The notes under the pieces: generated by a model | The model's database searches: none | Told to the model about the DNA's origin: nothing | The model's input: only the letters and a program-made list of their open reading frames with translations | Shown: positions 17,351 to 19,672 of the stretch, piece by piece | How the letters are laid out: each line of letters begins with the position of its first letter | Position numbering within the stretch: position 1 is the stretch's first letter | Program-made: the position numbers and the translations under genes | From: Azolla caroliniana | Taxonomy: Eukaryota > Plantae > Polypodiophyta | Direction of reading: 5' to 3' | NCBI GenBank assembly: GCA_043228905.1 | Contig: JBHGNT010000594.1 | Span: forward strand, 1-19,672 | Length of the DNA: 19,672 bases

Positions 17351-18769
17351 ATGTGGAATGTTCAAATCAATGAAAAGATGAGAGCTGTCCTGATTGATTG
17401 GCTCATTGAGGTGCTGGTTTTTTTATTCATCATCACGGTTGTCTGTGTGCTGTGGAGAATGAATTGTAACTATTGATCTCCAAACTTTCATAAAAAAACT
17501 CATGGCATAACCATAGTATTAAAGTTTTCTCTGGTATATATGGGTACAGGTGCATTACAAGTTCAAGCTCATGCCTGAGACACTCTTCCTAACCACGAAT
17601 CTGATTGATCGTTACTTGGCTATACAACCTGTCGAAAAGAAAAACTTGCAACTGGTTGGGATGACTGCAATGCTCGTGGCCTCAAAATATGAAGAAATCT
17701 GGGCACCTGAGGTGTGTTTTCGGGATATAAATAGTCAAGCGATATATGTTTATTGAAACTTTTAACTCTTTCTGATTGTATCTTTAGATTAAGGACTTCG
17801 TCATCATAGCAGACAATGCATATGAAAGACGAGAGATTCTAGACATGGTGAGTGAAAGCGTTTTTTGAGTCTGTTCAGGTAAAAACGTTTTTCCTTCTTT
17901 TATTTCAACATAATTTCTTTTGATTGTATGCTACCCAGGAGAAACTTATGCTTAATACTCTGAAGTTCAATCTATGCATTCCGACACCCTATGTATTCTT
18001 GGTTAGGTTTCTCAAAGCAGCTTCTTCTGACCAGAAGGTATGATTCTGGCATACATATAGATTCATCATACGGCTTGATACTTTCGCAATTGTGCTTTTA
18101 TAATAGATATTAATGTGATTCATCCCAGATGAGCATGCTGGCTTTCTATTTTGTGGAACTGTGCTTGGTTGATTATGGGGTTGTGAAGTTTTCATCATCC
18201 ATGCTTGCTGCCTCAGCAGTGTATCTAGCTAAGTGCACAATCAAACCCGGTGGTGAAGCCAGATGGAATGCTACACTTAGGCGGCATTCAGGCTATGAAG
18301 ACTCAGAACTAATGTATGAAATCAGTTCCCCTCTTTCACATACATAATTGTTTGCATGTATAGATAGGCACAGCATTGATGGTTCATATCTGTAATGTCA
18401 CTTCGTAGCAAAATAATCAAATTATCATGCCATTATTACCAAGAAATCATACTAAAGTATGGGTTCCCATTGATCAACTAGCTCACTAAACAAGCAGTAT
18501 ATCTAAAACGTGCATTGCTCTTTATATGCCACAATGTATATATGACCAAATAACTAAACCAAGAATAAATGTTGTATCTAATAATGATGAAATTGTCTTT
18601 GTTTGTTGTGTTTAGAGAGTGTGTGAGCTTCATGGTTTCTTTACATAAGAAAGCTGGGGAAGGGAGCGTGACAGTAGTGCACAGGAAATATTCACTGCCA
18701 AAGTACAGCTCGGTGGCGTTGCTTAATCCTCCATCCATGGATATGGTTACCACAACAAGTGTCTCTTGA
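17351..18769 (+). CDS. CYCB: N-terminally truncated B-type cyclin (unit 2)
   Basis: Same as 7515-8933. Confidence 0.85.
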
Positions 18770-19672
18770 GAAGGAAGTAAGAGACGGTGACAGCAAAAGA
18801 GACAAAGACCAAGAATATATATGATGTCAATTTAGGTGTCATGAGAGAATCAATATATATGATGATGCCAATGGACATACATATATGCCTCTTCCTTTCA
18901 AACCTTCTTCTGCCTGATTCTGTGTGTAGTTCACAAGAGGTTTTGTGCCCAAACAATGGGAGAGCAGCTGGCTGGTTATTAGATACCTACTATTGAACGG
19001 TTTCTGGATCCAAACCAATAACAGATCTTTATTATTATTGTGATTGTTGTAGTCGTACTATATTTTATCAGAGGTAGGGTGAAATCAGAGATGGATATTG
19101 TGGTATCTTTATCTAATATATAGTGTACAGTTAAAGGGAATCCAGAGTTCATCATTCTTAAACAATTACAGTATGTTTTTGCAGGCGGTCTTGTTTGTTA
19201 TTTATTCTTGGTAGTAATGGATAAACATTTGCTGGTATATGATATGCCTTACATCTCTGTTTTGCTAGTGTTAATGGTAATTGGAATTGTACCAATTTCA
19301 TGTAACAGCCCCAAACCCAAGTGAGCACACGCAATATCACCAATCCCACGTGTTCCAAGTGGAGCCGAGGATCTTATAGGAATCCAAACCTTATGAGATG
19401 TTCTAAAAATACATTACATATAGTGATTGAAATTGGAATCGTTCCAAAACAATTTCCCCAACAGTGGCAAGCTAGGCTGAAAATCACCAACCCCATGTAT
19501 TCAAGCAAAGCTAAAAATCTTATAGGAATCTATACATTATGAGGTGTTCGAAAACTACATTATAATTATATTGTATTGTACGAAAACAATTTGATGTAAC
19601 TGTCAGTGATCGTGTGCTGAGTGCATGGCATCATCCACAATCAAACCGTATGATATAGAACATATCATATCT

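Overview
Intron-containing, AT-rich land-plant nuclear DNA made of exactly two head-to-tail copies of a 9,836-bp unit (1-9836 and 9837-19672). By eye I found one substitution between the copies (G9671/A19507) and no indels. Each unit carries three gene pieces: a complete 6-exon RPN11/PSMD14 gene (26S proteasome lid JAMM deubiquitinase, - strand, 309 aa spliced); only the last two exons of an eIF2B-beta gene (- strand); and the 3' six exons of a B-type cyclin (+ strand), cut inside an exon just before the cyclin box. The simplest reading is that one native segment (CYCB 3' part -> <- RPN11 <- eIF2B-beta 3' part) was tandemly amplified or circularised, with the real junction at about 7380-7530 (and 17216-17366). 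The junction places an in-frame ATG before an uninterrupted 239-aa cyclin B ORF that lacks the N-terminal destruction-box region. Smaller features are a degraded plastid-like trnI-CAU plus 23S rRNA mosaic upstream of RPN11, older duplications of the RPN11 3' end, and several short repeats. All family assignments come from recalled motifs, not database searches.
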